64,000 nucleotides of DNA from Neophaeotheca triangularis (taxonomy: Eukaryota). The number at the start of each line of letters is the position of its first letter. The stretch's first letter is position 1. A program made the translations under genes and the position numbers. Below the pieces are notes generated by a model. That model was not told where the DNA came from, searched no databases, and was given only the letters and a program-made list of their open reading frames with translations. This document shows, piece after piece, positions 22,810-33,981 of this stretch. The stretch lies in assembly GCA_054600435.1 (NCBI GenBank), contig BAAIJX010000002.1, positions 620,001 through 684,000 of the forward strand, given 5' to 3'.

Positions 22810-24186
22810 TTACTTATCCCATCTATGCGCCTCGTCCCCCTCCCGCCACTCCTTCTCCACGTACCCAATCTGCTCCTTGACCCTGCGCACGCTCGCAGCA
22901 TCCCCAGTGTTCTTGCCAACATTATCACTCAGCTTAATAGCCTCCCTGCCCTCAGCCTCAGACAACTTGATGACAATGTTCAACGGCACGCTCTTTTCCG
23001 CCGGTTTCGACAAGTGCGCGAAATCGTTTGTGAAAAAGGTTCCGACGCCGAAACTTGGTGTCAGACCTGCTGCGAGGGTCGCTTCGCGGTATTTAATGCA
23101 TTTGGCGACGTTTAGAGAATCGGAGAAGACGATGGTCTTGGCGTCACGGATGTCATGGGTTTGGTAGAAGGTGCGCATGAGCTGGATGAAGTCGAGAGGG
23201 TCGCCGGAGTCTTGGCGTGTGCCGGTGAAGACTTGGGCGTAGCTGGGTTCGGTCGCGTTATCTGCGGGTTGTGCTTCGTGGTCAATTTGCTTCGCTGCTG
23301 GACGTGCGAAGGCTTTGAGAAAGTCTGGAGTGCCGAAGGTGTCGGTAAGAGCTATGCTCAGGGTACCGCGTCCAAAGGTGCCGATCCAGTATTGCATGGC
23401 TTTCTCGTTGGCGCGCGCGTAGTCGCCAGTGATGGCTGCGATGCCCATGAACCACTCGTGGGCGACTGTGCCGATGGGTTTGACGTTGAATTTCATGGCG
23501 AAGTGCACGTTTGAGGTACCACCAAAGGCGCCAGGCCAGTTGCGATCAGCAGCTTCGGTTTGCGCTTCGAGAAGACCTTGCATTACGAGGTCATGGGTGT
23601 GGTAGTCGCGGCGCCGGCGGCTGCCGAACTCGCTGAAGGCGCAGCCGGCTTCCAAAAGTTGTTTGGCTTTATCGCTGGCATTGGCTTTCTGCCCGTCGTG
23701 GTTCCAATCGCAGTCAACGAATTTGAAGTAGGCTTCAGAGATGAGGGCGAGTAGGGGAATCTCGTAGAGTATGGTGTCTTCCCACAGTCCGTGGATGCTT
23801 AGCGAGACTTTGCCGGGTTGGGACGGTCCCGTCGTCGGGTCAGAGGGCGTGAAGGAGATCTTGACTTGCTCTTTGGGCTTCAGACGGAAGCTCCTCAGAA
23901 AGTTAAGATATTGCTCCGAGAAGTAAGGGCATGCTTTCTTCAGCCATGCGATCTCTTCGTCTGTCACGGCAATGTTCCCTAGCTTCTTGATCTGCTCCAT
24001 CAGCCAGTCGTAGGCTTCCCTGGTAAGCTGCATGTGGGGTGTCCGGTTGGTGAACTTGTAGCCGACTTGGACATTTTTGAAATACTTGATGACAGCCGCC
24101 TGCATCGTGAGCTTGTAGAGGTCCGTATCGAGGAGAGAGGATACACCCTCGGGTTTTGGCTCGCCGGTGCCGTTCGTGGTAGCCAT
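22810..24186 (-). CDS. NPT1: Nicotinate phosphoribosyltransferase
   Basis: SLLDTDLYKLTMQ, LYEIPLL, FSEFGSRRRR, GTSNVH, PIGTVAHEW, ALTDTFGT, RQDSGDP, FSDSL, FGVGT, IKLSDNVGK. Confidence 0.97.
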   Translation of the reverse strand: MATTNGTGEPKPEGVSSLLDTDLYKLTMQAAVIKYFKNVQVGYKFTNRTPHMQLTREAYDWLMEQIKKLGNIAVTDEEIAWLKKACPYFSEQYLNFLRSFRLKPKEQVKISFTPSDPTTGPSQPGKVSLSIHGLWEDTILYEIPLLALISEAYFKFVDCDWNHDGQKANASDKAKQLLEAGCAFSEFGSRRRRDYHTHDLVMQGLLEAQTEAADRNWPGAFGGTSNVHFAMKFNVKPIGTVAHEWFMGIAAITGDYARANEKAMQYWIGTFGRGTLSIALTDTFGTPDFLKAFARPAAKQIDHEAQPADNATEPSYAQVFTGTRQDSGDPLDFIQLMRTFYQTHDIRDAKTIVFSDSLNVAKCIKYREATLAAGLTPSFGVGTFFTNDFAHLSKPAEKSVPLNIVIKLSEAEGREAIKLSDNVGKNTGDAASVRRVKEQIGYVEKEWREGDEAHRWDK

Positions 24187-24896
24187 GTTTGGTGTGAATG
24201 TGAATCGGAAAGAGGCAGTCGAGAAGGGGATGTCGGTTGGATCGTGCTATGTGCTGCAAATCAAAGTCGACGAGGGTTTTGGCTCGGTACTCAAGGAAGA
24301 TAGTGCTGTGACTACGAGTTGCTGCGTGCTGTGGTAGTTGTAGGCTTATAGTCAGGCAACGAGACGCAAGAGATGTCTTGGGCAGGTTACGTGAATGCAG
24401 GTGTGTCTCAGAGACTCAGGCAGAGAACTGTATCACGAGCCAAGACGAGGCACCTACGTTTGTTGTTGGAGGCCTTCTGCAAGACGGGACCATCCACCTC
24501 AAGCTGGGCGGCATTTGCTTTGCGGTATCCAAATAGTCATCGACGTGCCTTCCTAGTGGGGCCAACACCAGTCTAAGCACCCGTGGACCCCAAGGTACCT
24601 TATCAGATAACACAATCACTATCGCGGCTGCTCCCGAAGAATGACCTCAAGCTGCAGCCGTCCGAGCTCGAGGAGCTTGTTGAACATTCTGTGCAGATCA
24701 GCATCGATAAGACAAGTCGACGACATCCCCTTTGCACTTGTGATCAGACGATATCCTTGGTTACATAGTCTAGGACTGAAATATCAGCCTCCTCAGGACT
24801 CTGCGACCATCCTTACATCGACGGCTACTCCTTTCTCGCAACTCCGGCCTATCTCATCCTCGACATTCGTAGCTCATTAGAGCTCGAGTCGCCAAC

Positions 24897-25599
24897 ATGA
24901 ACGCTCTACGATGGTAGGAAATGGATATACATAGACTTCCAGCGCATCATCCTAAACGCTCTGATCCGCAGGTACCAATCTAAACTGGCCTCGCGCCCGA
25001 TCCTGACGCAGTCCATCACGACCGCCGTCCTTTTCGCGACAGGCGACACAATGGCACAACACGCCGTCGAGAAGCGCGGCTGGGCCAACCACGCCTTCGA
25101 CCGTACAGCGCGTATGGCCATCTACGGCGGCGCCATCTTTGGGCCCGCCGCGACAATGTGGTTCGGCTTCCTGCAGAAGCGCGTCCGCATTCCCTCGTCC
25201 CCGAACCTCGAGATCCTGGCGCGTGTCGGTATCGACCAAACCGTCTTTGCTAGCACCAACTTGTTCGTTTTCTTGAACAGTATGGCGATTATGGAGGGCA
25301 CCGACCCGAAGAAGAAGGTGGAGAGCACGTACTTCAACGCGCTGAGCAAGAACTGGATGGTGTGGCCTGTAGTGCAATTCACCAATTTCAAGTTCGTACC
25401 CTTGGAGCACAGGGTGCTGGTCGTGAACTTGGTCTCGCTGGGTATGTCAAATACAACTTCACATCTTGAGAATCTGAGGACGAATTGGCTGACCGCGTGC
25501 TTCAACACCACTGTAGGCTGGAACTGCTACCTCAGCTTCCTCAACAGCCAGCCCGAGGGCGCCCACAAGAAGAACCCAACCTTCCCGCCTGACGTTTAG
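24897..25599 (+). CDS. SYM1: Mpv17/PMP22 family mitochondrial inner-membrane protein
   Basis: MNALRW|YQSKLASRPILTQS..GDTMAQ, RTARM, DQTVFA, NWMVWP, NFKFVPL, WNCYLS. Introns 24914-24971 and 25442-25516. Confidence 0.92.
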
Positions 25600-25948
25600 G
25601 ATACAGCAGCGGGTATAGATTGAAGGTTCGGCTTGTCGATGCATATGGCAATTACCAATGCATCACCAGTGACCGAAAAAGAGGACAAGGGCTCGGTTTT
25701 TCACGGCGCTCCATTAGACATCAGTACTTTGCGGGTCGCACCAGGCATAGTCTCGACATGCAAGCGAAGGCGTTCAGGCAGCATTTTATTATCAGGGCCA
25801 CAAGAGAAAGAAAGGGGTATCCACATTTTCCAGCACACGCTCGGTGGGGAAAACCTATGTACAGTAGTAGTAGTCTCAACAGACCATTACGGCCACCATC
25901 TGGGGAGACTCTTGCCACACAGCAAACAAGGCTCAGTCAGTTCCAGTC

Positions 25949-26565
25949 CTACCTCCCGGCTTCCTTGGCCTTGGCTTTCTCCTCCTCCTCCACCGTCCGC
26001 GTCCGCAATTGCAGCGCGTGGATTCCGCCCGCCGCGGCCATTTCTTCGCTCATTAGACTGTAGACCATTCTGTGCCGCGCAGGCTGCATCTTGCTCTTGA
26101 AAGCGTCTGAGGTGATGTAGACTCTGCGGTGATAGGTGTCAGTACGCATAAGTTTTCCGGATCATGTTTTTGAATTGGTAGGTGAGTGAGCGAGGTGAAA
26201 TGGAGTGTATAGTTCGAGAGACTGTGAAGTGTACCTAAAGTGCGTTTCTTGCGACGTGTTGTCTTTCATAGCCGCGTGGTGGGCGTGTTTGTGTGAGTCG
26301 TTGTAGATCTCGAGGACCGATGGTTGGAGGGAGGCGGTGATCTTTTCAAGATAGCATTGTCAGTACTGCGATAGATGAGGACCTAGGAATTATTGCGGCC
26401 GGTTCATCGAAAGACTTGAGATCCTGTTTCTCTGATCGATCATGTTGGGTATTTAGATGTTTTGATATGTACCTTCGACCGTAGGGCATCTTCGTAGGGA
26501 GTTTTGGAGGCGGACATGGTGGACATTGGTCGCCTCAGCGAAGCTTGGAAGGCACGGTGTAACAT
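25949..26565 (-). CDS. BolA-like protein (Bol1/Uvi31 type)
   Basis: Three exons: (MLHRAF..)MSASKTPYEDALRSK | ITASLQPSVLEIYNDSHKHAHH..SQETHF | RVYITSDAFKSKMQPARHRMVY..GIHALQLRT. In-frame ATGs at 26565, 26526 and 26517. Confidence 0.88.
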
Positions 26566-26973
26566 AGAAGTCTCCAATCTTTAGGGAAGTCCGGAAGATC
26601 GTGATGGAAGGCGTGTTCAATGGTATTTCGAGTAGTCCGAAATAAAGAGCCGGATACTGGAAGGCAATGTGTAACAGTCGAAAGCGGCGAATGAGAAGAG
26701 TCGACGCTGAATGTGATTCGCTGCATCGATTCTACGCTAGTGTAGGTACATCTTTTGTCAGACCGGACGTTGTCCGGTTCTATAATCGATCAAATGCTGC
26801 TGGGACGAAAACAGAGTACCTGAAAGTTGCAAGGCGCCTCCGAGCTTGTCTGAAAGTGTCAAAGTATCGGTGATACCGTCTCATTCATTCAGGAGGCGCA
26901 GCTGAATCCCAAGCGATCAACGTAAAGGCAAATCCGTCACAAGGTTTATCTAGGTCTAAGAGGTCGCTGCACC

Positions 26974-27167
26974 TCAAGGCTCCCAGGGGCCGATGGCTCT
27001 CCGTCCAGTGAGCACTTCCGCCTCACCATTCCCCTTCACTAAGAAGATATCCTCTTGCCTAACACCAAACTTATTCGAGATATAAATCCCCGGCTCAGAA
27101 GTAAAGGTCATGCCCGGTCGAAGCAGTACATCATGATTCCCTTTATTCAGATAAGGAGACTCGTGAG
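26974..27167 (-). pseudogene. 3'-terminal exon remnant of an M24 (Xaa-Pro) metallopeptidase
   Basis: Minus strand reads HESPYLNKGNHDVLLRPGMTFTSEPGIYISNKFGVRQEDIFLV..LTGRRAIGPWEP*. It is preceded by an intron 3' end (CTGAC..CATAG), but no upstream exons are visible. Confidence 0.8.
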
Positions 27168-27209
27168 CTATGGTAGCCTGTCAGACGAAAGGCCCAATCT
27201 GCGGAGACT

Positions 27210-28031
27210 ACCACCTCATTCCATTTTCTGGTTTCGAATTCGCATGGCCGTCTCAACCGCATTCCGTAAATCGTCGCTTAGGAAACAGCGCGTTCCTTAC
27301 CTACTGGCAGCAAAGCGCTACTGGCGCGCTTTGCTTGGATGCTCGGCCACGTGGTTTATGTACAACTATGTTTCCGTACCTTTTGGCATCTTCAGCGGCA
27401 CGATAACCAACCGCGTCAACCCAGAAGGCTCACTAGTCAAAAATCTCGGATGGGGCGTCGTCATCAATTGTTTCTATATCCCAGGCCCGTTTATCGGTGG
27501 CTATCTCTCGGACCGGATAGGTAGGAGGCAAACAATGTGCCTGGGGTTCACGCTCCAGGCTTGTCTTGGCTTCATACTTGGGGGCGCCAACTCCCGAATC
27601 CAGGATATCTTCCCGCTCTTCATAGTACTTTACGGACTCTTCTTGACCTTGGGCGAAGTCGGTCCAGGTAGTACCGTCGTGCTCACATCTTCGAAATGTT
27701 TTCCTACCTCCATCCGCGGCCAGATGATGGGGTTTGTCTCCGCTTGGAGCAAGGCCGGCGCGGCAATTGGCTCTGAAGTATTTAGTGCGCCTCAGCTGAG
27801 TGGGCCGACAATGCTTCAAAGTCGAATCAGGCGGTCTTCTTGATTGGCAGTGGCTTTGCACTACTTGGTGCTGCTATTGCTTGGTTTGTTATACCTGATA
27901 TGTCCAAGCAACTCGATGATGAAGATATTGCGTGGAGAGCTCATCTCGAGTCAAAAGGATGGAAAGCTGAATGGGGAGACGAGAGTACAAGGGATCCGGA
28001 AAGGGTCCGTATGGATAAGGTGGCACTTTGA
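27210..28031 (+). pseudogene. C-terminal half of an MFS permease (Git1/glycerophosphoinositol-transporter-like), frameshifted
   Basis: IFWFRIRM, WFMYNYVSVPFGIFS, SDRIGRRQTM, GEVGPG, FPTSIRG, SKAGAAIG. The N-terminal six helices are absent, and a frameshift near 27790 continues as SAEWADN..QAVFLIGSGFA. Confidence 0.8.
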
Positions 28032-28406
28032 AAGTTCCGAGACCGGGTACGAGCGAACTAATTGCGATGGTGACCTTCAGGGACTCGAGTTGCTGCATTC
28101 TACATCGGCGTCTGACACGTAGCCATTGGATCGTTGACCAGATATAGAGGCGCTACCACTTGCTTGTAAATGTGTTCCGGAGTGCTAAAGTCCTACGTAT
28201 TGCACATGCAAAGTCCAAGTACCTAGCATACCTAGGTAGTCGCTCGAAAGTGATCTGATGTGGGAGGTCACGGAGGTATAGTGAGGTAGTAGTACCTAAG
28301 TCTGCGACAGGCAAGCTGCTTAGTCAGCAAAAACGAACGACACCCTACCTAGGTACGATCGCATCCATCACGTCAAGGGTCTGGACGCCCTCATTCCGCA
28401 CCAACG

Positions 28407-29258
28407 ATGGCGCCAATTCGTCGCTATCTCCGGATCACAAAATACTCGGTCCTGGAAGTCAGGATCTACCTCGACAAGCCCTCGGATATCTCGTGGCTGC
28501 TCTCACCCTCCGCCAACGTCCTCCCGCGCATCATAAACGAGATCCGGCCCAAAGTGCTACCTAAACTCCGCGAAGAGAATGAGAACGCTAAACGCAAAGG
28601 CACTGGCAAGAAGAAGAAAGGTATCAAGGATGTTGCGACTGGGGAGGATTTCGAGGTCGCGATTTTCCTGAAGGAGACGAGTACGAGGCATAGCCTTTTG
28701 ACTAAGCGGAAGGAGTTTGCGGGTGAGGGGAAGAGATTGAAGGGCAATGGGAAGGGCCTGGCTGGGTGGTTAAATAAGGGGAGTGAGGGGCCTATTGTCG
28801 TGGACGATGATGAAGTACCGGAGGTTTTGAGGGAAGAATCGGGGGAGAAGCCAATGGATGAGATTCCCGAGATGGGCGACGAAAATGTTGCTGGCGGGAA
28901 GCGGAAGGCTGGTGCTGATGGTGATGAAGATGCCCTCTTCGTCAGCTCAAGTGACGAGGAGTTCTTTCAGACGCAGCGGGAGTCAAGAGCGAATAAGCGG
29001 CAGAAAAGGGCAAAGGGCTCCGAGACTGCCCCTGCCGAGCCTGAGCCTGAGCCGGAGGACGACAAGAAGAAGCTGGGTATGAACACATCTTATGATGGTT
29101 TTTCGATCTACGGACGCATTCTTTGCCTGATTGTTAAGCGTACGGGGAAGAAGACAGCGCCTGCAGGGGCACCTGCAGGTGGCAGTCAGATGATGGAACA
29201 GTGGGTCAGTACGCAAGTTGCTCAAGAAGCTGGGATTGTGGATGACGACGAGGGCTGA
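28407..29258 (+). CDS. Conserved fungal hypothetical protein (basic/acidic, probably nuclear)
   Basis: 283-aa intronless ORF with coding-like codon use; MAPIRRYLRITKYSVLEVRIYL, TRHSLL, YDGFSIYGRILCLIVKR, MEQWVSTQ. Confidence 0.85.
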   Translation: MAPIRRYLRITKYSVLEVRIYLDKPSDISWLLSPSANVLPRIINEIRPKVLPKLREENENAKRKGTGKKKKGIKDVATGEDFEVAIFLKETSTRHSLLTKRKEFAGEGKRLKGNGKGLAGWLNKGSEGPIVVDDDEVPEVLREESGEKPMDEIPEMGDENVAGGKRKAGADGDEDALFVSSSDEEFFQTQRESRANKRQKRAKGSETAPAEPEPEPEDDKKKLGMNTSYDGFSIYGRILCLIVKRTGKKTAPAGAPAGGSQMMEQWVSTQVAQEAGIVDDDEG

Positions 29259-29307
29259 GACACTGATGTCTTAACTGGATTTGATCTATCTTCCCTATGG
29301 TTACTAC

Positions 29308-30100
29308 CTACCGACGCAGGCTGGACATGGTTTGGAGCTCCCAATGGCCGCCACCGCGAGCACAATCGACGGCAAACCCGCTCAAGGACTTGCTATTTGC
29401 GAAGGGCTCCAAAAGCCCTACCCTGAAAGTTGGATCCGTCATGCCTAGCTTCTTGGCAAGCGTCGCTTGGGACATACGAACGCACCTCCACCAAAAACGA
29501 TTCTCGGTGTCGCGTGCGGTGGCGCCATAATGGGGGCCGCAGGTCAAGGAATCAAGTCGGTAGAGCAAGGGCGCTAACGACATGAGGCACGATTTCACAC
29601 CCTGGCCTGATTGACCGTGCTAGATGTTGGATGTCTTCGTTACGTCCAATCCAGCTCGAATCCGCTCAGCGTCGACCGTCTGAACATCTCAGCAGATAAT
29701 CTCCACCAGAACTTCTTCCACCATTCTCAGTTGGCCATCGAGTCTACGACGTTGCAAGAAATACACCAAGTCCGGAACATCGAGTTTAGACCCATGCTCC
29801 GCAAGCAAGCCGGCCCAGTCCTCCTGATCCGCTTCGATCCTTTCGTATCTGTCAAACGCCTCACCATCCTTACCCGCTAGAGCATACCATTCGTAAGCAA
29901 ATTTTCATAAAATGGCGCCGTCTGTCGGCTTTTCTCTGTGCTCCCGGAGAGCTCAGATTAAGTCGATCTGCAAGAGCGTGCGTCGAAAAAATGCAGAGCT
30001 CTTCGTCTGGGAGAATCTCGCGGGAATGTTCTTCTATCAAATCATCGATCATGCTGAACGCCATCTTTTACCGTTCCGTGGTAGCTTTTGGAAGTTTTTG
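29308..30100 (-). pseudogene. Possible decayed gene of unknown family
   Basis: Protein-like segments (MIDDLIEEHSREILPDEE; DGEAFDRYERIEADQEDWAGLLAEHG..LRMVEEVLVEIIC*DVQ) broken by stops and frame changes. Confidence 0.3.
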
Positions 30101-30639
30101 TATCCTCCCAGTGGAAGCCACGGATGAACTGATAAGCTAAGCCATTGTGGATAATCATCTTGCCTTCTGTCAGATCATCAAAGACATGCGTGAGCAGATC
30201 GCAACGCCGTGATCCCACAGGTTCTGATCTGTCCCAAAATCCCCCCCATGATCACCTCTTCGCCGCCTCTGGATGGCTGCAGCCTACGAGTTAAGGTAGC
30301 GTTCCCTGGCGAGGTGACGTAGGAACGAGTGAACAAGGGGTCTATCCATGTCCGCCTTGTTCCTGGGCTTGTACATCAACTTGATCATGACGTTCAAGCA
30401 TATGTGCTCAAGAACCGAATCGACATATCCTTCTTGGGTCTGCTTGCTAATGCGCAGCGTCTGAGCCAGGGGAGCGTTGGTGTATGATTGATCTGAAATC
30501 GTGTCCCTTGAAAACTGCTACTCGAGACACTCTAGATACTCTATGTAACCACATGGCCTCTCGGCTACCTTCTACCAGTCCACCAGTGGACTCATCTTCC
30601 AGCCACAAAGCGGATCAAACCGCCACCTTCCCGTCTTTC

Positions 30640-30999
30640 TCACGTATCAAGTGGTAGGCTCTGCCAATCATCCCTGGAATAACCCGTCGGGCCAGCCGGC
30701 CAGAGCGCACGGAAAAGTTGCTCCATATGCGCGGAGAAAAACATCCTTTCCTCAACATCCATAAACCTCATCCTAGTCACGATCTCTGGCGCAGAAGTGT
30801 CTTCTTCAGCAACTACGTCCCCCGTGCAATCACGACCAGCACCCGAGCGGTTGACCATTTCTGGCCCAGATGCGTGAAAATGGGATCGTTTACGAACATG
30901 GAAATTGTCAAGCTGCGCAAAGCGGTACCGTGGGTTTGTGTCACAATCTCGCAGTTGTTGAATTTTTCGAGCCCGCGTAGCAAGGGTTGGCGGTGACAT
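30640..30999 (-). CDS. Small hypothetical protein (119 aa)
   Basis: ATG at 30999 in CATCATG context (MSPPTLATR); plausible composition, no recognised domain. Confidence 0.35.
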   Translation of the reverse strand: MSPPTLATRARKIQQLRDCDTNPRYRFAQLDNFHVRKRSHFHASGPEMVNRSGAGRDCTGDVVAEEDTSAPEIVTRMRFMDVEERMFFSAHMEQLFRALWPAGPTGYSRDDWQSLPLDT

Positions 31000-31599
31000 G
31001 ATGTACGGTCTTTGATGTTGTTGCGCGATCGTATGCCTAGAGAAGTGAAAACATAAGGGAGCGATAGCCTTCGAGATATTGACGGCGACCAGGAGCATAT
31101 TTCGATCTGTACCTAGTACAGCGAAAACAAGGTTATTTCGCAGTTTAGTGGTCCGAGCCAAGTTCAATAGTGTTAGTAGCATGCAAGCGGAGATATTGCG
31201 CCAAGACACCTTGATGGTCAACAGAAGCCCGGCAGCGAACAAGCAGCCTCGATTGATTCATCCACTGACTGGAATGGATGGGATACTCCCGTCGCGTTGC
31301 TTCGCACACATCAGCATGTCACCAACACTTGTGGCATTGCACTTTGTCATGCACGAGAACCTCGGAAAATGTCTCCCGAGGAGGCCAAGGGGGCTCGACG
31401 ATCGCGAGCTGCTTCCGTCTGCCAGCAGCATGCACGTTGTCTCGAGGGCATGAAGTTGCTGTCGGCAGGCAAGTGGCATGAAACTATGCTGGGCAACACA
31501 GAGCAGCAGCATCACCGGAAAGTTGCTCGCGAATAAGTAGAGCCTGAAACGTGGGCCGGGTGATTGGCAAGCGCAACTCCAGACCCAAGCTTGTGCGTT

Positions 31600-32601
31600 C
31601 TATTCACGCGTGGGCTTTGGTGGCATCTTGGGCTTCGGTGGTGGACCGGTCGCGCTTCTGTGCTCCGAGGGTCTTTGAACCCTTTCCCCTTGTGCAATGA
31701 CACTGCTAGCGCGCCTCAACTCTCTAGCCCTAGTGTCACGTTGTTCCTGCTTCTCGCCCTCCACAGGAAGCGCGCGCCAGATCCTAGGAAACAACCCTCT
31801 CGCAACAGCCCTCTCCTTAGCTTGCTCTTGAACCACATAGCGCCCCATCATATTTTTCACAATTCTTGCCCACTTGCCACTCGCATTCTCTATATCTTTG
31901 TGGACGTGCTCCAAGTTCGTAGTCCTGAACCGCTTGTACGGTAGCCTCCGCAACTGGTCGAAGAAGAACGGGTACGCTTTAGGGAAGAGCCCGACGCGGC
32001 GGAAGGCTTTCACCTCCAAGTGTAAATCGGGCGGCGGATTGGTAATGTGATTTTCGAGGGCGATTTGGCTCTTCCGGGCGCTCGGTGGCAGCACCAGATC
32101 GATGCTCGTCACGTAAGGGGTGCTTAACATTGCGGCTGGTAGCATGCTCGCCGGGTAGAGGGCGAGGGCCCAGAGATTGGAAAACGCGGGATCCATCAAG
32201 AGCGACGGACCTGCCATAAAAGTGCAGTAGACCCAGAGTGCTACCGAACATACGCGAAAGTAACCAAGGTATGTTGTCCGGTAGACACCTGCGTGGTAAA
32301 TGTTGAGGGCAGGGGGGTAGATGTTGCCATTTTTGTCTGGTTTGTACTGCGGTATGTCGATGCGAGGCAGGTCTGCGTCGGAATGAGTTTTTGAGGTGCT
32401 AGATAGACCAGTCATATATCTTCGAAGCTCGAGGGTTTTCGTCCAGCTTGATTGGGCGAGTATCGTTGATCGCGAGCCATGCTGAGGCCGTCGCTCTGTC
32501 GTCAATGTCCGCTTTAGTGCAGGAGGGCGTGTACACAAGGGTCTTGCCGCTCGTTTAAGGAGCTGGAGAGCATTGCGTCGAGGGAGTGAAGGCACAAGCA
32601 T
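31600..32601 (-). CDS. Hypothetical mitochondrial membrane protein with two TM segments (TMEM70/186/223-like layout)
   Basis: 333-aa ORF with an Arg/Leu-rich presequence, YPPALNIYHAG, two hydrophobic helices and PYVTSIDLVLPPSAR. Confidence 0.7.
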   Translation of the reverse strand: MLVPSLPRRNALQLLKRAARPLCTRPPALKRTLTTERRPQHGSRSTILAQSSWTKTLELRRYMTGLSSTSKTHSDADLPRIDIPQYKPDKNGNIYPPALNIYHAGVYRTTYLGYFRVCSVALWVYCTFMAGPSLLMDPAFSNLWALALYPASMLPAAMLSTPYVTSIDLVLPPSARKSQIALENHITNPPPDLHLEVKAFRRVGLFPKAYPFFFDQLRRLPYKRFRTTNLEHVHKDIENASGKWARIVKNMMGRYVVQEQAKERAVARGLFPRIWRALPVEGEKQEQRDTRARELRRASSVIAQGERVQRPSEHRSATGPPPKPKMPPKPTRE

Positions 32602-32820
32602 CTCCCGTCCAGTGGTGGATTAGTAGCGGTTGAAGAGGTGAAGTCAAAGTTGAGACGAAGCTCGAGACTTGGCTTCCAAGTTGTACGGACAACCGCGGTC
32701 GACACGACACTTTGCTCTTCCTCTCGTTCACCTCGTGAGAACAAATGGACACGCCATGTCCATAAAAATATTCGCCAGACCATATAATAAATAACTCGCG
32801 GGAGTACTGCAACCACCACG

Positions 32821-33981
32821 ATGAAGCTACTGCGCAACCTCTTCCTGCTGCCATCGGCCGTCAGGACCGCGATAGCCTACCAAACCCTCTCCGAGTCCTC
32901 CCTCAAGAGCATTCCCTTCCCAGGCTCAGACTTTAACATTGAGAACGGCGAACTCCTCGCGCCAATCCTCATCCCTCGAGTCCCCGGCACTGACAATTCG
33001 ACCAAAGTCCTTCATCACTTTGTAGACTTCTTTCAAACCAACTTACCCGACTGGGACCTTACGTATCAGAATTCCACGAGCACAACACCCACTTCCAATG
33101 GCAAGGAGATACCCTTCCGCAACTTGGTCGCGACGCGCGATCCACCCTGGGTCGCCGATAAACCCGGCGATGTCGGAAGGCTGGTGTTGGTCGCCCACTA
33201 CGATAGCAAGCTCACGCCAGAGGGCTTCATCGGCGCAACCGACAGCGCGGCGCCCTGCGCGATGCTGATGCACGTTGCGCGAAGCATTGACGCAGCGCTG
33301 ACGGCAAAATGGGCATCCATGGCGGAAGACATGGAGGGGAGTTTGGACGTGGAAGAGCACACGGGTGTACAGATACTGTTGCTGGATGGCGAGGAGGCTT
33401 TTCTGAGCTGGACGCACGACGACAGTACATACGGAGCGAGAGCGCTTGCGGAGGAGTGGGAAACGTCCTTTTATCCCGCGACTTCGACTTACAAGACGCC
33501 GTTGCATTCTATGGATTTGTTCGTGCTGTTGGATTTGCTAGGGAGCAAGGGGCCGTCCGTGCCTTCTTACTTCAAGACGACACACTGGGCGTACCAGCGC
33601 ATGGCGGCGACGGAGAAGAAGCTCAGGGAAGCTGGCGTGTTCAAATCTGCGGCAGACTCGACGACCCCTTTCTTGTACGAGGCCGATAAGAAAGATAATG
33701 ATATGTGGTTTGGTGGACGTGTCGAGGACGATCACCTGCCATTTCTGCTCAGGGGTGTGGAAATCTTGCACATCATCCCTGCCCCGTTTCCCGCTGTCTG
33801 GCACAAGATGGAAGACGACGGCGAGCACCTTGACATAGCTACTACCGAGGATTGGGCCGTGCTGGTCACGGCTTTTGCAGCCGAGTGGATGGAGTTAGAG
33901 GGTTTTCTGGAGGGACCCAAACGGCCTACTGAGGGAAGTAAAGGAGGCAACCAGACTCGTAGACAGAGGGACGAATTGTGA
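32821..33981 (+). CDS. Glutaminyl-peptide cyclotransferase (M28 family)
   Basis: N-terminal signal-like segment, LIPRVPGT, LVAHYDSK, FIGATDSAAPCA, DGEEAF, LLDLLG, EDDHLPF, FPAVWH. Confidence 0.93.
   Translation: MKLLRNLFLLPSAVRTAIAYQTLSESSLKSIPFPGSDFNIENGELLAPILIPRVPGTDNSTKVLHHFVDFFQTNLPDWDLTYQNSTSTTPTSNGKEIPFRNLVATRDPPWVADKPGDVGRLVLVAHYDSKLTPEGFIGATDSAAPCAMLMHVARSIDAALTAKWASMAEDMEGSLDVEEHTGVQILLLDGEEAFLSWTHDDSTYGARALAEEWETSFYPATSTYKTPLHSMDLFVLLDLLGSKGPSVPSYFKTTHWAYQRMAATEKKLREAGVFKSAADSTTPFLYEADKKDNDMWFGGRVEDDHLPFLLRGVEILHIIPAPFPAVWHKMEDDGEHLDIATTEDWAVLVTAFAAEWMELEGFLEGPKRPTEGSKGGNQTRRQRDEL

Noticed and set aside
27055..27843. 262-aa ORF taken as an intact transporter
   Set aside because: Non-ATG start; the first ~50 aa are antisense M24 peptidase sequence, half of the MFS fold is missing and the end is frameshifted.
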